A stretch of 64,000 nt of DNA from assembly GCF_006345805.1 (NCBI RefSeq), contig NC_043013.1, positions 7,874,001-7,938,000 of the forward strand. Direction: 5' to 3'. This document shows, piece after piece, positions 1 to 12,514 of the stretch; within the stretch, counting starts at the first letter, position 1, and the number at the start of each line of letters is the position of its first letter. Made by a program: the position numbers and the translations under genes. The notes under the pieces were generated by a model, which saw only the letters and a program-made list of their open reading frames with translations, was not told where the DNA came from and made no database searches. Source of the DNA: Octopus sinensis. Its lineage: Eukaryota.

Positions 1-93
1 TAATAATAATAATAATAATAATAATGAAAAATAATAATATAATAATAATAATAATAATAATAATGAAAAAAATAATAATAATGATAATGATAA

Positions 94-148
<55 letters not shown>

Positions 149-194
149 AAAAAATAATAATAATGATAATGAATAATAATAAATAATGATAATA

Positions 195-227
<33 letters not shown>

Positions 228-357
228 TGATGATGATGAATGATGATGATAATAATAATAATAATAATAATATAATAATAATAATAATAATGAAAATAAT
301 AATAATAATAATGATGATGAAAATAATAATAATAATAATAATAATAATGATGATGAA

Positions 358-441
<84 letters not shown>
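1..441. repeat. (TAA)n/(TGA)n trinucleotide microsatellite
   Basis: Direct reading; explains the poly-I/M/N ORF 224..484. Confidence 0.97.
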
Positions 442-442
<1 letters not shown>

Positions 443-985
443 TGCTCTGATGCAGTACCAAGTAGTGGCTCGCGTGGCTTCTGATCTTAACTGATTGGAA
501 GTGTTATCATGTACATTGTTTTGTCTTGGTATAAAAAGATGGGCTACAGCAAATATTCTGCTCAGTACCACAGATTTGCTTGTCTGTTGTTTGACCATAA
601 CCATTTGAGCATGTCCCTTAGTGGCTGACAATATGTGCATCTCTGATCATGAGCAGAAGTAGTGGGGGAGCATCATAGCCATGTGATGAGAGGGATTCTT
701 TGGGGTTTGAATAATTCACCTCTGGAAACATGTATGTTTTGTTCAACATCCTTAAACAACCCTTATTCGGGGACCTTTTGAGCGGGATGAGTTACTTGAC
801 CAGAAGTCCCACCTGCAAGGTCATGTGCTGTTTATCTTGATATGAGATCACCGTGTCGTGCACATATGGTTGTGATACATGTGCGTAGTGTACCCTTATC
901 AAATGGATAGTCATGATGGGTATACTGGGCTTCATATATTTTACCTCAGTGTCACTTTGATGGCATGCACTGCTCTCTCACTCAA
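442..985. mobile_element. Unclassified ~540 bp putative interspersed element embedded in (TAA)n
   Basis: Complex non-coding sequence that starts right after the (TAA)n array and ends in ...ctctcactcaataataataat. Only one copy in the window, so repeat status is inferred. Confidence 0.35.
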
Positions 986-1205
986 TAATAATAATTTCTA
1001 TTATGGGCATAAGGCTTGAAATTTTGTAGTTGATGGCTACCTGAGATTTCCTTGGTCCCCAGTGCTTGACTGGTACTTATTTCATCAGCTCCAAAAGAAT
1101 AAAAGGTGAAGACGTCCCCAGAGGAATTTGAACTCAGAACATAAATAGGCAGAAGATATGCCACTAAGCATTTAATCTAATCTGCTAATGATTCTGCCAT
1201 CTTGC
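986..1205 (-). mobile_element. tRNA-derived SINE family D, degraded
   Basis: Reverse complement matches the copy at 28166-28392: head ggcagaatcgttagca, B-box gttctgagttcaaattcc, central aagtaccagt motif. Confidence 0.7.
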
Positions 1206-1463
1206 CATCTTTATAAATGTTCCAAATTTTGACAAAATGCCAAAAAGTTTCGGTGGTGGAGGTATTTAGTTGATTGTGTTGACCCCAGTAGTTGACTGGT
1301 ACCTAATTTTATTGAAACCCTTGAAAAGATGATTAGCAGAGTTACCTGAGCAAGTGCAGACACTCGCAAATATGAATATTATCAATTTCGTTTGTGTGTG
1401 ATGCGAAGTGATACATTTGAATGAGTTTGCATGTTAAATGATTGCTCTACAGTTATACGTAGT

Positions 1464-1772
1464 GGAGGCACATGGCTTAGTGGTTAGAGCAGCAAACTCG
1501 CAATCAAGGAATTGCTGGTTCAAATCTCAGACCAGGCAATGTGTGTGCTTATGAGAGAAACACCTAAGCTCCACGCGGCTCCGGGAGAAGGTAATGGTGA
1601 ACTTCTGCTGACTCTTTTGCCACAACTTTCTCTCACTCTTTCCTCCTGCATCTAGCAGCTCACCTGCGACGGACCAGCGTCCCGTCCAGGTGAGGAACCT
1701 ATATGCCAATGAAACCAGGAAACTGGCCATTATGAGCCAGGGATGGCTTCAGAAGGAACAAACAACAACAAT
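1464..1772 (+). mobile_element. tRNA-derived SINE family B with V-domain-like body and (AAC)n tail
   Basis: A-box tggcttagtgg and B-box ggttcaaatc; body cctgcgacggaccagcgtcccgtccag resembles the V-SINE central motif; head shared with 11215-11520, 35175-35470 and 37327-37635. Confidence 0.75.
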
Positions 1773-1894
1773 AGTTATATGTAAGTAGACACACTTGGTC
1801 CTGCAGTGAAACCTCTTCCTCTTTTTTTCTTTTTTTCTTTCTTTTTGTTTTTGCTGTTGAACAACATGTTAAGAAGAGAAAGTTACGATCATGG

Positions 1895-2122
1895 TTCTTT
1901 TACTCTTTTACTTATTTCAGTCATTTTGACTGGCCATACTGGAGCACTGCCCTTTAGTCAAGCAAATCCACCCCGGGACTTATTCTTTGTAAGCCTAGTA
2001 CTTATTCTATCGGTCTCTTTTGCCGAACCGCTAGGTTACGGGGGCGTAAACACACCAGCATCAGTTGTCAAGCAATGTTGGGGAGACAAACACAGACACA
2101 CACACAAACATATACACACACA

Positions 2123-2159
<37 letters not shown>

Positions 2160-2316
2160 GACAGGCTTCTTTCAGTTTCCATCTACCTAATCCACTCACA
2201 AAGCTTTGGTCGGCCTGAGGCTATAGTAGAAGACACTTGGCCAAGGTGCCACGCAGTGGGACTGAACCTGTTACCATGTGGATGGTAAGCAAGCTACTTA
2301 CCACGCAGCCACTCCT
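1895..2316 (-). mobile_element. tRNA-derived SINE family A (CORE-like head, internal microsatellite, second module, (AAAGAGT)n tail)
   Basis: Reverse complement of the full copy at 6793-7205. Confidence 0.9.
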
Positions 2317-2409
2317 CTCTACTGTGTGGTTTTGAGTACCACTGCATGACACCCGAGACAAATGTCTTCTACATAACCTCGGGCTTGTGAGTGAGTGAAT
2401 TTGATGGAT

Positions 2410-2780
2410 GAAAACTAAAAGAAGCCTGTTGTACACACGTGTGTGCGTGTGTGTGTGCGTGTGTGTATGTGTGAGTGTGTGCGCATGCGTGTGTGTATGT
2501 GTGCGCATGTATGTTTGTGTGAGCATATGCATACATGTATGTATGCATGCAAGCATGCAATCTGGCATACATGCATACATGTATGTGTGTATGTACGTAT
2601 GTATTCATGGGTGTGTGTGTATGTATGTATATATGTATGTATTTCTGTATATATGTATGTATGCATGCATGCATGCATGGGTGTATGTACACATGTATGT
2701 ATATGTGTATGTATGTAGGCATGAATGTGTGTGTGTATGTATGTACACATGCATGTATGTGTGTATGTATGCATGTCATT
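2410..2780. repeat. Compound (TG)n/(TATG)n microsatellite
   Basis: Direct reading; source of several spurious ORFs. Confidence 0.95.
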
Positions 2781-3044
2781 ATTCAGCTTTATCTCAAGAT
2801 TTTTTGCCAAAAGAGAAAGAACCGGTTTCTAACCTAGATTCAAGACTCCTTCATTGGAATTGCAACGTCAACAACAGGGTATTTTTGTTTGCATGTATAT
2901 GTACGTATGTGCGTATATACATAGATATGTATGTGTGTGTGAATGCGTGTATATATGTATGTCTGTGTGTGTGTGTATGATTATGTATGTATGTCTCTTC
3001 TGTATTTAATCATTCGAATTTTTCCTCTGAAGAAGGTGCTGGTT

Positions 3045-3262
3045 TCTAACATGCTGAGAGTTGCTGAAGCATGGAACAAACTGCCGGCATCAGTTGTTAG
3101 TTGTCGGAGCACTGCATCCTTCAAAACTTCCATGCTTCCTGAGATTCGCCAACACTACACCTGATTTTCTCCCCTCCATACACACGCAAGCATGTATCTG
3201 ACTCATACATTGTTCGCTTTCCAGACATTTCTACATTACTGCATGTACTTTATATGCACTTT
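3045..3262 (+). mobile_element. CR1-type LINE 3' fragment (ORF2 C-terminus and 3'UTR)
   Basis: Translates RVAEAWNKLPASVVSCRSTASFK, matching the CR1 C-terminal RV..AWN.LP..VV.....FK motif. Confidence 0.75.
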
Positions 3263-3264
3263 CT

Positions 3265-3557
3265 TATTATAAAAAGTTACGTCTTTGGAATATAGATGAC
3301 GAAAACAATGTCAAATTTTAAACTTGAGAAAAGTTTTGCAGAGTTTTACTGCTCCACTCACAGATTATATTTTTAATGTGCGAATCATTTGGCTGATTTC
3401 TTTTACTGAAAATCAAAGTTTATTCAGGCTGACAGTTAGGCAATTACTAAAACCAAGTGCTCCAATTATTTTTGGTATAAATGCAAATTTGTAACCCAGA
3501 TATAGAAGCTGGAGGTTTCAAAGCAGTTATCCATAATTATCCTCTTTCTCTTTGATT
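3265..3557 (-). mobile_element. RLE-type (R4/Dong-like) LINE 3' fragment
   Basis: Homologous to 17520-17772 (KEKED.YG.LL, IIGALG, SVSGAVKLCKTFLKF); 5' junction abuts tacctacctacatacata. Confidence 0.75.
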
Positions 3558-3639
3558 ATGTATGTAGGTAGGTAGGTATCCATGTATTTGTGTATATGTG
3601 TATACACACACACACACACACACACACACATATGTACAT

Positions 3640-3837
3640 GATGTGGCTGTGTGGTAAGAAGCTTGCTTCCTTACTGCACAGTTTTGGGTTCAGTCTCCTT
3701 GCATGGCATCTTGGGAAAGTGTCTTCTGCTATAGCCTTAGGCTGAGCAAAGCCTTGTGAGTAAATTTGGTAGACGAAAACTGGAAGAAATTCATCATATA
3801 TATATATATATATATATACAATATATATTTATGTATG

Positions 3838-3902
<65 letters not shown>

Positions 3903-4127
3903 CATATGTGTGTGTGTGTGTGTGTTTCTGTCTGTGTTTGTCCTCCATGGTGTCAGTGTGTTTATGCCCCCATAACTTAGCAGTTTGGCAAAAGAGACCA
4001 ATAAGATAAGTACCAGGCTTAGCAAAAAAAAATTAATGAACCAGAGTGGATTCATTTGATAAAAAAAATTCTTCGAGGCATTGCTCCAGCATGTTTGCAG
4101 TCAAATAACTGAAACCAGTAGAAGAAT
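3640..4127 (+). mobile_element. SINE family A
   Basis: Head gtggctgtgtggtaagaagcttgc, internal (TA)n(TG)n, second module ending gaaaccagtagaagaata. Confidence 0.85.
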
Positions 4128-4909
4128 ATTTACAACTAGCAGAACCGGTGAATACTTCATGGAATTAATGGTAAACCTATCAGGTTATTTCTGAAAACTT
4201 TATCCAAAAATCCTGAAAGCATAGCCTGCCTGTGTTGTGTCTGAATCAAAAGATAGTCGCTCATCTGCTACTCATTGAAAAGTGAAGGAAATTGGAATGC
4301 GATGATTACTTAATGCACTTTATATATACACTTTATATACTTTATGCATAATTTTATAGACTGGCTACACAGCACTCATAAAATAAATATTCACACTTAT
4401 TTTTCCAGTTTTCCCATAAACCAAAAAAAAAAATATATATATTGCATACATAACTTTTTGTTAAGTTGAATATATCTACCACATAAACAATCACTAATAT
4501 TTTATGGAAATTGCACTTATGCACTTTCAATAGTCTTGCAACTATTGAAAATGTTGTAAGACAACGAAAATTTTAGGAGAATAGAAATAAGAAAAAGGTG
4601 GAAATTTTACTGTTGAGTGTGTTATATTATAAGGCACAAAAAGAAAATGACTCTCCCCAGACACAACAGAATATGCTTCAACACATGAACTCACATAAAG
4701 AATCTTGCAAACCAAATCCCAAAACGAAATATAAAAAAAACTTAGTTTAATTTTTAAAAAATACACTTTTCACTATCCAATCACCACCACCACCACCACC
4801 ACCACTATCTCTCTCCCCCTCTCTCCTCCCTCACTGCCTTTCTTTAACCTCACCATCAGAACATCACCCTTCTACTAAAATTATTACATTCCCCCTTACC
4901 TCACATCAT

Positions 4910-5245
4910 GGATGCTTTTCTCTGTCTTTTTCTCTCTCTTTCTTTTTCTTTTTCCCTCTTTCTGCCTTGCCTTATTCTCTCTTTTTCTCTCTCCTTTTCC
5001 TTCTCTTCTCTTTTCTTTCAATCAATCCCATGAAATCGTTACAATTACATTCCCCCCTACCTTACATCATGGATGCTTCTTTCTCCCTCTTTTCTCTCCC
5101 TCCCTTTTTTTATCTCACCCTCTTTTCTTTCTCCCTCTTTTCTCTCCCTCCCTTTTTTTTATCTCACCCTCTTTTCTTTCTCCCTCTTTTCTCTCCCTCC
5201 CTTTTTTTATCTCACCCTCTTTTCTTTCTCCCTCTTTCTCTCTAA
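4910..5245. repeat. Polypyrimidine minisatellite, ~48 bp unit
   Basis: Unit ccctcttttctttctccctctttttctctccctccctttttttatctca repeated about three times at 5078-5240. Confidence 0.85.
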
Positions 5246-5661
5246 TAATGTGAAAGCATTAACAACAGGCTAAGTAACACAATGACAAACAGAATTATTC
5301 TAAGATGGACTACTTTCACTTTCTCTCTGCCAAATCCACTTAGGAAGCTTTGGTAAGACCAAGACTAAAGAAGAAGATACTTGCTCAAGATGCCCTACTC
5401 TAAGATTGAACCTGGGAAGCCAGCTTCTTACCACAACTGTTCCCTGTGAATCTACAATCACATGCTTAATGTAAGAAGTCAAAATTAGGACACTGTTTCA
5501 TATTTTGCAACAACCCACGCTTTTGTTTCTTTAAGCTAAAGTCAACAGCTTTGACCCTTTTGCCTCTAATCTACTTGAGACATGCCTGCTTCTTGTTTTG
5601 TAAAAACAAGCTTTCCTGTTTTAAAGTTATCTAAACAAAAACTATCCTTCAGAATTTCATG

Positions 5662-6225
5662 GGCGTGGCTGTATGGTGTGAAGCTTGCTTCTCAGTCACA
5701 TGGTTCCAGGTTCAATCCCACTGCAGGGCACTTTCAGCAAGGGTGTCTTATACTATAACCTCAGGCAGACCAAAGCCTTTTAAGTGAATTTTGGTAGATG
5801 GAAACTGAAAGAAGCTTGTTATATAGGCACAGACATTGCAGAGTTGTAAGAAGTTTGTTTCTCAATCACATAGTTCTGGGTTCAGTCCCACTGCAGGGCA
5901 CTTTTGGCAAGTGTGTCTTCTACTATAACCTCAGGCAGACCAAAGTGGATTTGGTAGATGGAAACTGAAAGAAGCTTGTTATATAAACGCAGACATTGCA
6001 GAGTTGTAAGAAGTTTGTTTCCCAAGCAAATGGTTTCGAGTTCAGTCCCACTCCATGGCACTTTCAGCAAGTGTCTTCTACTATAGCCTCGGGGCCAAGC
6101 AAAGCCTTGTGAGTGGATTTGGTTAATGGAAACTGAAAGAAGCCCATCATGTGTGTGTGTGTGTGCATGTTTGTTTGTCCTGCTCCACCACCCCCAGCTG
6201 GTGTTGGTGTGTTTACATCCATGTA
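5662..6225 (+). mobile_element. Three head-to-tail SINE family A head modules
   Basis: Units of ~160 bp start at about 5662, 5830 and 5990, each with ggttcagtcccactgc...ggaaactgaaagaagc. Confidence 0.8.
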
Positions 6226-6792
6226 AGTTACTTATTTGTTATGAAACTATATAATGTAATTTATTTACATGTTTTTAAGTTACGAAACAATTTGTAATGA
6301 TATTAAAATTTTCTTATTGTTAAATAAAAATTTCATTAAGTCATTTATGACTTTTGAAATGAACGAAACCAGATTTTTGAATTTTTATTCTGTATATAAG
6401 TACAGACAGTGTATTTGCGCTGTGGAGCCTTTCTGTTTCACGGCTATGTATTTTGTTCATATTTATATGTATTGATTGGGTTATATTACACTGATGACAG
6501 AAAAAGAGATTACCCCTTAATCTTGAAATCGAGTGATATGTACTACATCTGTTTCATGAATCTGTTTCATTTATTTGCATGAGTACACCATGTGTTTATA
6601 CTATACGGTGATATCTTGAGGTAGATTTTAGACATTGGCATCTCTTTCTAGCATGCTGGTGACTTGTATACGTACTCACTTGCCCTTGATATATATCTAT
6701 AAATCGATTAATGTAACCTTAACCGGTTGATTGCATGCTAACTACTTGATAAAATCTAATATAGATTTTATCCTTAATTTTTATATATATAT

Positions 6793-7205
6793 AGGCGAAA
6801 GAGTGGCTGTGTCATAAGTAGCTTGTTTACCAACCACATGGTTCTGGGTTCGGTCCCACTGCGTGGCATCTTGGGCAAGTGTCTTCTACTATAGCCTCAG
6901 GCCAACCAAAGCCTTGTGAGTGGATTTGGTAGACGGAAACTGAAAGAACCCCGTCGTATATATGTATATATATGTGTGTGTGTGCGTATATGTTTGTGTG
7001 TCTGTGTTTGTCCCCCTAGCATTGCTTGACAACCGATGCTGGTGTGTTTATGTCCCCGTCACTTAGCGGTTCGGCAAAAGAGACCGATAGAATAAGTACT
7101 GGGCTTACAAAAAATAAGTCCAGGGGTCGAGTTGCTCGATTAAAGGTGGTGCTCCAGCATGGCCGCAGTCAAATGACTGAAACAAGTAATAGAGAGAGTA
7201 AAAGA
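6793..7205 (+). mobile_element. SINE family A, full-length reference copy
   Basis: A-box tggctgtgtc, B-box ggttcggtcc, CORE-like cttgggcaagt, internal (TA)(TG) tract, second module, gagtaaaagag tail. Confidence 0.92.
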
Positions 7206-7369
7206 GAGATATATATATGTATATATACACACACATGCACACACACACATACATATACACACACACACATACATGCACATAGACACACTTCTGTTCACTT
7301 CATCCATGGAATCACTTACAAGCTTTTCTGAGATTATTTTTTCTGCTCCTCTCCGGACTTTTCTTCTTT

Positions 7370-7410
7370 CTTCTTTCTGATGAAGAGCCATGCTCAAAAC
7401 ATCACATATC
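7370..7410 (+). ncRNA. Decayed minimal type I hammerhead motif (PLE-type)
   Basis: CTGATGA(7377-7383)-A-GAGC-cat-GCTC-aAAAC-aTC; both departures from GCTCGAAACGTC are G>A at CpG sites. Confidence 0.6.
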
Positions 7411-7807
7411 CCCTCTTTTTTCCATCTTAAACTGTGCCTCAACCTAATACATTCACTCTGTATGTCCTATGGACTTTCGTTCTTTTACTTTTGTTTTTGT
7501 TTTTTTTTATATTAATTTTTGCTTTTCCATCTGCCAAGCCCGTTCATAAGGTTTTGGTCAGTCCTAGGCTATAGTAGAAAACATTTGCCTAAGATGCCAC
7601 ACGCTGGGACTGAACCTAGAATCATTTGGTTGGGAAGCAAGCTTCTCCTGCAGTCGCACCTGCACCTGTATGTGTAGATAGATAGACAGACAGATAGATA
7701 GATAGATATACACATATACACATATACATACATATATATACACATATATATATGTATGTATATATATATATTTATAGATACATACATATATATATATATA
7801 TATATAT

Positions 7808-9540
7808 GGCCCCTACCTGGGACGTAGTCGATCCACCTGTGCATACCTTCCTTCTTGTGACACTTGTGAAGACCTGCTGAGGCAAGTGAAAATCAATCAA
7901 AATAGATGAACATCAATGGAATTTGTATCCTTGTGGTACCAGTGCCAGTGGCACACAAGAATCCATCCGAACGTGGCCGTAGTCAGTACCGCTTGTGGTA
8001 CCAGTGCCGGTGGCACACAAGAATCCATCCGAACGTGGCCGTAGTCAGTACCGCATCACTGGCCATCGTGCTGTGGGCACATAACAAACACCATCCGGTC
8101 GTGTCCGTTCGCCAGCCTCATCTAGCACCAGTGTCGGTGGCACATAAAAACACCTTCCGAAGACCCGGCAAGACTAGTCAGGCCATAAACCATGGCCCCT
8201 ACCTGGGACGTAGTCAGTCCACCTGTGCATACCTTCCTCCTTGTGATACTTGTGAAGGCCTGTTGAGGCAAGTGAAAATCAAATCAAATCAAAACAAATC
8301 AAAATAGATGAACATCAATGGAATCTGTATCTTTGTGGTACCAGTGCCGGTGGCACACACTTTGTGGTACCAGTGCCGGTGGCACACATGAGAACCATCC
8401 GAACGTGGCCGTAGCCAGTTCCGCATCGACCGGCCTCCGTGCTGTGGGCACGTAACAAACACCATCCGATCATGGCCGTTCGCAGCCTCATCTGGCACCT
8501 GTGTCGGTGGCACATAAAAACACCATCCGAAGACCCGGCAAGACTAGTCAGTCCACCTGTGCATACCTTCCTTCTTGTGACACTTGTGAAGACCGGTTGA
8601 GGCAAGTGAAAATCAAATCAAATCAAATCAAATCAAAATAGACAAAATAGATGAACATCAATGGAATTTGTATCTTGTGGTACCAGTGCCTGTGGCACAC
8701 AAGAAATCCATCAGTGCCGTAGTCAGTGCGGTGGGCACATGACAAACACCATCCGATCGTGGCCGTTCGCCAGCCTCATCTAGCACCTGTGTCGGTGGCA
8801 CATAAAAAACACCATCCGAAGACCCGGCAAGACTAGTCAGGCCATAACCCATGGCCCCTACCTGGGACGTAGTCAGTCCACCTGTGCATACCTTCCTTCT
8901 TGTGACACTTGTGAAGACCTGTTGAGGCAAGTGAAAATCAAATCAAAACAAATCAAAATAGATGAACATCAATGGAATTTGTATCTTTGTGGCACGTGGC
9001 ACATAAGAAAACCATCCGAACGTGGCCGTAGCCAGTACCGCATCGACTGGCCTCCGTGCTGTGGGCACGTAACAAGCACCATCCGATCGTGGCCGTTTGC
9101 CAGCCTCATAAAAACACCATCCGAGCGTGGCCGTCTGCCAGCCTCGTCTGGCACCTGTGTCGGTGGCACATAAAAAACACCATCCGAGCGTGGCCGTCTG
9201 CCAGCCTCGTCTGGCACCTGTGTCGGTGGCACATAAAAAACACCATCCGAGCGTGGCCGTCTGCCAGCCTCGTCTGGCACCTGTGTCGGTGGCACATAAA
9301 AAACACCATCCGAGCGTGGCCGTTTGCCAGCCTCGTCTGGCACCTGTGTCGGTGGCACATAAAATCACCCACTACACTCTCGGAGTGGTTGGCGTTAGGA
9401 AGGGCATCCAGCTGTAGAAACACTGCCAGATCTGACTGGACTGGTGCAGCTTTCGGGCTCCCCAGACCCCAGTTGAACCGTCCAACCCATGCTAGCATGG
9501 AAGGCGGACGTTAATTGATGATAATGATGATGATGATGAT
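7808..9540 (+). mobile_element. RTE LINE 3' end with tandem ~330-390 bp units and four ~62 bp subunits, (GAT)n tail
   Basis: Repeated ggcccctacctgggacgtagtc...gaagacctgttgaggcaagtgaaaatc units; terminal ggttggcgttaggaagggcatccagc...ccatgctagcatgg...gatgatgat shared with other RTE 3' ends in the window. Confidence 0.8.
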
Positions 9541-9694
9541 GATATATATATATATATGTAAATATATATACATACATATATATATGTGTATATATATATG
9601 TATGTATATGTGTATATCTATCTCTCTCTCTATATATATATATACACACACAGGTGCAGGTGCATATGTATATATATATATATATATATATATG

Positions 9695-9880
9695 TTCATG
9701 GTACTTTGTTGGTTATGACAATGAGGGTTCCAGTTGACCCAATCAATGGAACAGCCTGCTTGTGAAATTAACGTGCAGGTGGCTGAGCCCTCCACAGACA
9801 CATGTACCCTTAATGTAGTTCTCGGGGAGATCCAATGTGACACAGAGTGTGACAAGGCTGGCCCTTTGAAATACAGGTAC
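9695..9880 (-). mobile_element. 3' module of a tRNA-SINE (also seen in family C)
   Basis: Matches 19870-20000 and 52830-52900 (gttccagttgatcc...gtgcaagtggctgagcactccacagacac). Confidence 0.75.
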
Positions 9881-10140
9881 ACCAGCATCGGTTGTCAAGT
9901 GATGTTGGGGGGACAAACACAGACACACAAACATATACACACCCATATATATATATACGATATATACACATATATACGACGGGCTTCTTTCAATTCCCAT
10001 CTATCAAATCCATCCACAAGGCTTTGGTTGGCCTGAGGCTATAGTAGAAGACACTTGGCCAAGGTGTCACACAGTGGGAATGAACCCAGAACCATGTGGT
10101 TGATAAGCAAGTTACTTACCACCTTACAACACAGCCATTC
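9880..10140 (-). mobile_element. SINE family A
   Basis: Reverse complement of family A head and part of the second module; another head follows at 10230-10378. Confidence 0.85.
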
Positions 10141-10378
10141 CTGCATCTATATATATATATATATATATCCCTCTCTCTCTCTCTTTCGGACAGGCACTGA
10201 GCAGCTATACGCACACATACACACACGGCAGTAACTTCCACCTACCAAATTCAATCACAAAGCTCCGGTCGGCTCGGGGCTATAGTGGAAGACACCTACC
10301 CAAAGTGTCACGCAGTGGGACTGAACCCAAAACCATGTAGCTAGAAGCAAGTTCCCTAACCACACAGCCATGCCCACG

Positions 10379-10435
<57 letters not shown>

Positions 10436-11214
10436 GCACACACACACATTATATATATGTCTATCACATTTGACAAATAGTTATTGTATGAAGAGAACTC
10501 TTTCCTTTGTTATCAGAATACATTGAAATTGCCCACATTTAATTCCTATTTACTCGGTTGTAATATCTGTCTTGGCTATTGGCCAGTCCCTAGACAAATA
10601 AGACATCAGACAAGGTTGACAAGAAGTAGTTAACCTCACTTTGTAAAAACGATGTCTGTAGAATATAAAAGAAAATGATGGCAAATTATTGTTTCAAAGA
10701 AGAGGTAAATGAAAAACACATATTCACTTCAGTAAAAGTCCAGGACATTTCTAAAAGAAGTCTATTTTATTGGTTAGTAACCCAAGAAATGATGTCTGTA
10801 AATTTAGTTGAATCAGTTAACCAAATTTATTTCAAACAATATAACTAAGTTAGTGTAAATGTTTAATATACAATCATAATCATTTTAAACTTGCTAAAAT
10901 AACATTTGAAGTGGTTTACCCGATTGAAAATTTGATTTTGAAGTGTTTGTGGTTTCGTAGGGAAGATCTTATCAAAGACTTTGCTATTAGAAATAGGAGA
11001 AAACTTTTCAAATAAAATAAAGTGGATGTATAGAAAATTAAACATTATTTTCCATCTTACTGTTAGTTTTGTTTCGTTTTATTTTATGGTTTATTATTGT
11101 TTATACTTTGAATTTCATATATCAGGAGGAACCAAAATCTTTCAAGTGCTTGGGGACTCCATGGATCATAACCTTGCCCTGACAATACACAATATTTTAT
11201 TTTTATATTTAGGC

Positions 11215-11520
11215 ACCCTTTTCAAGCCTAGCCAGGCTCATGGGCCCGGTTTCCCGGTTTCTATGGCATATGTGTCCCCCACCTCTCCGGCTGGATGGGA
11301 CGCCAGTTCATCGCAGCATTACTCAACAAACAGGAAGAAAGAGCGAGAAAAAGTTGGGGTGAAAGAGTACAACAGGGGTTGCCACCCCACCCTGCAGGAG
11401 CCTCGTGGAGCTTTAGGTATTTTCGCTCAATAAACACACACAATGCCCGGTCTGGGAATCAAAACCACGATCCTCCGACCACGAGTCCGCTGCCCTAACC
11501 ACTAAGCCATTGCACCTCAC
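11215..11520 (-). mobile_element. SINE family B with V-like body
   Basis: Reverse complement has head ggtgcaatggcttagtggttagggcagcggactcg and body ctgcgatgaactggcgtcccatccag. Confidence 0.8.
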
Positions 11521-11960
11521 ATAATATTTACATGGACAGAAAAAAGGGGATCAGCCTTTCCTAGCAATACAATGATCATTGAAGAACAGGGAACCTTATT
11601 TACTCTTAACTCATCAGCAGCACTATGATGATTTGTTCAGCTTTATCAAGAGCAGTCACTTCAGTGAATAAGCTTGAGGTCCATCATCAGCAGCCAATTA
11701 TAAGGATTCCTTTATTCTCTTTTACTCTTTCACTCTTTTACTTGTTTCAGTCATGTGACTGTGGCCATGCTGGAGCACCGCTTTTAGTCAAGCAAATTGA
11801 CCCCAGGACTTATTCTTTGTAAGCCTAGTACTTATTCTATCGGTCTCTTTAGCCAAACTGCTATGTTACGGGGACGTAAACACACCAGCATCGGTTGTCA
11901 AGTGATGTTGGAGGGGACAAACACAGACACACAAACATACACACACATACACATACATAT

Positions 11961-12010
<50 letters not shown>

Positions 12011-12062
12011 CATACATATGTATATATATATATACACATATATATACATACATACATATATA

Positions 12063-12151
<89 letters not shown>

Positions 12152-12514
12152 ATATGTATGTATGTATATATATATTAGCACAAAGCGTAAGGATGCAGAA
12201 AAACATCAACCTGCTAGAAATAAGAGCTAAAGTCTTAAACCACCATAAAGCACCAAAGTAACAGAGAAATAAAAGTAGGCGAGGAAACGGAAAGAATTAA
12301 TATATTCAAAAGCACACCTATGAAAGATTATGCTATTTAGGATATATCTACATATCCGTGTTTCAGCTTCTGGAAACTTAATCCTTAAGCCTCTTCAGTG
12401 TAGACTCCCTGGTAAAAATTCTAATCTGTTACATTATATATCCGTTAATATACTGTTCTTGTTTTTTGGCGCCAAAAACACAGCACAAGGTGCAAGAATA
12501 TTTATGAAGAAAAC

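Noticed and set aside
4177-4267. Possible minus-strand exon MSDYLLIQTQHRQAMLSGFLDKVFRNNLI
   Set aside because: The donor (ag|gtttac) is weak and there is no recognisable homology.
4630-4750. Short open frames on both strands in unique sequence
   Set aside because: No convincing donor site or homology.
6481-6545. CTGATGA...gagatta/taatctt-GAAA-tcga hammerhead-like motif
   Set aside because: It has a long unpaired insert after A9, no UH triplet and an off-register stem I; kept only as a weak relic and not called as a feature.
8590-8625. ctgttgag-gcaagt-gaaaatc words in the RTE long units (e.g. 7875, 8919, 24043) resembling a hammerhead core
   Set aside because: A6 is not conserved, stem II is at most 1 bp, and neither stem I nor stem III can form; the sequence looks derived from the RTE ORF end.
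9110-9360. 62-bp subunit CCAGCCTCGTCTGGC resembling HDV ribozyme P3/L3, and resemblance of the array to a CRISPR
   Set aside because: There is no P1 partner for ACCTGTG and no J4/2 catalytic C context; units are contiguous near-identical repeats without unique spacers, and there are no cas genes.
9695-9880. Possible HDV-like fold (tgtacc/ggtaca, ttctcg)
   Set aside because: P3 and P1 do not close, and this orientation is antisense to the tRNA head of the SINE that carries the module.
10981-11433. 150-aa ORF
   Set aside because: AT-rich low-complexity start running into an antisense SINE; no protein family signal.
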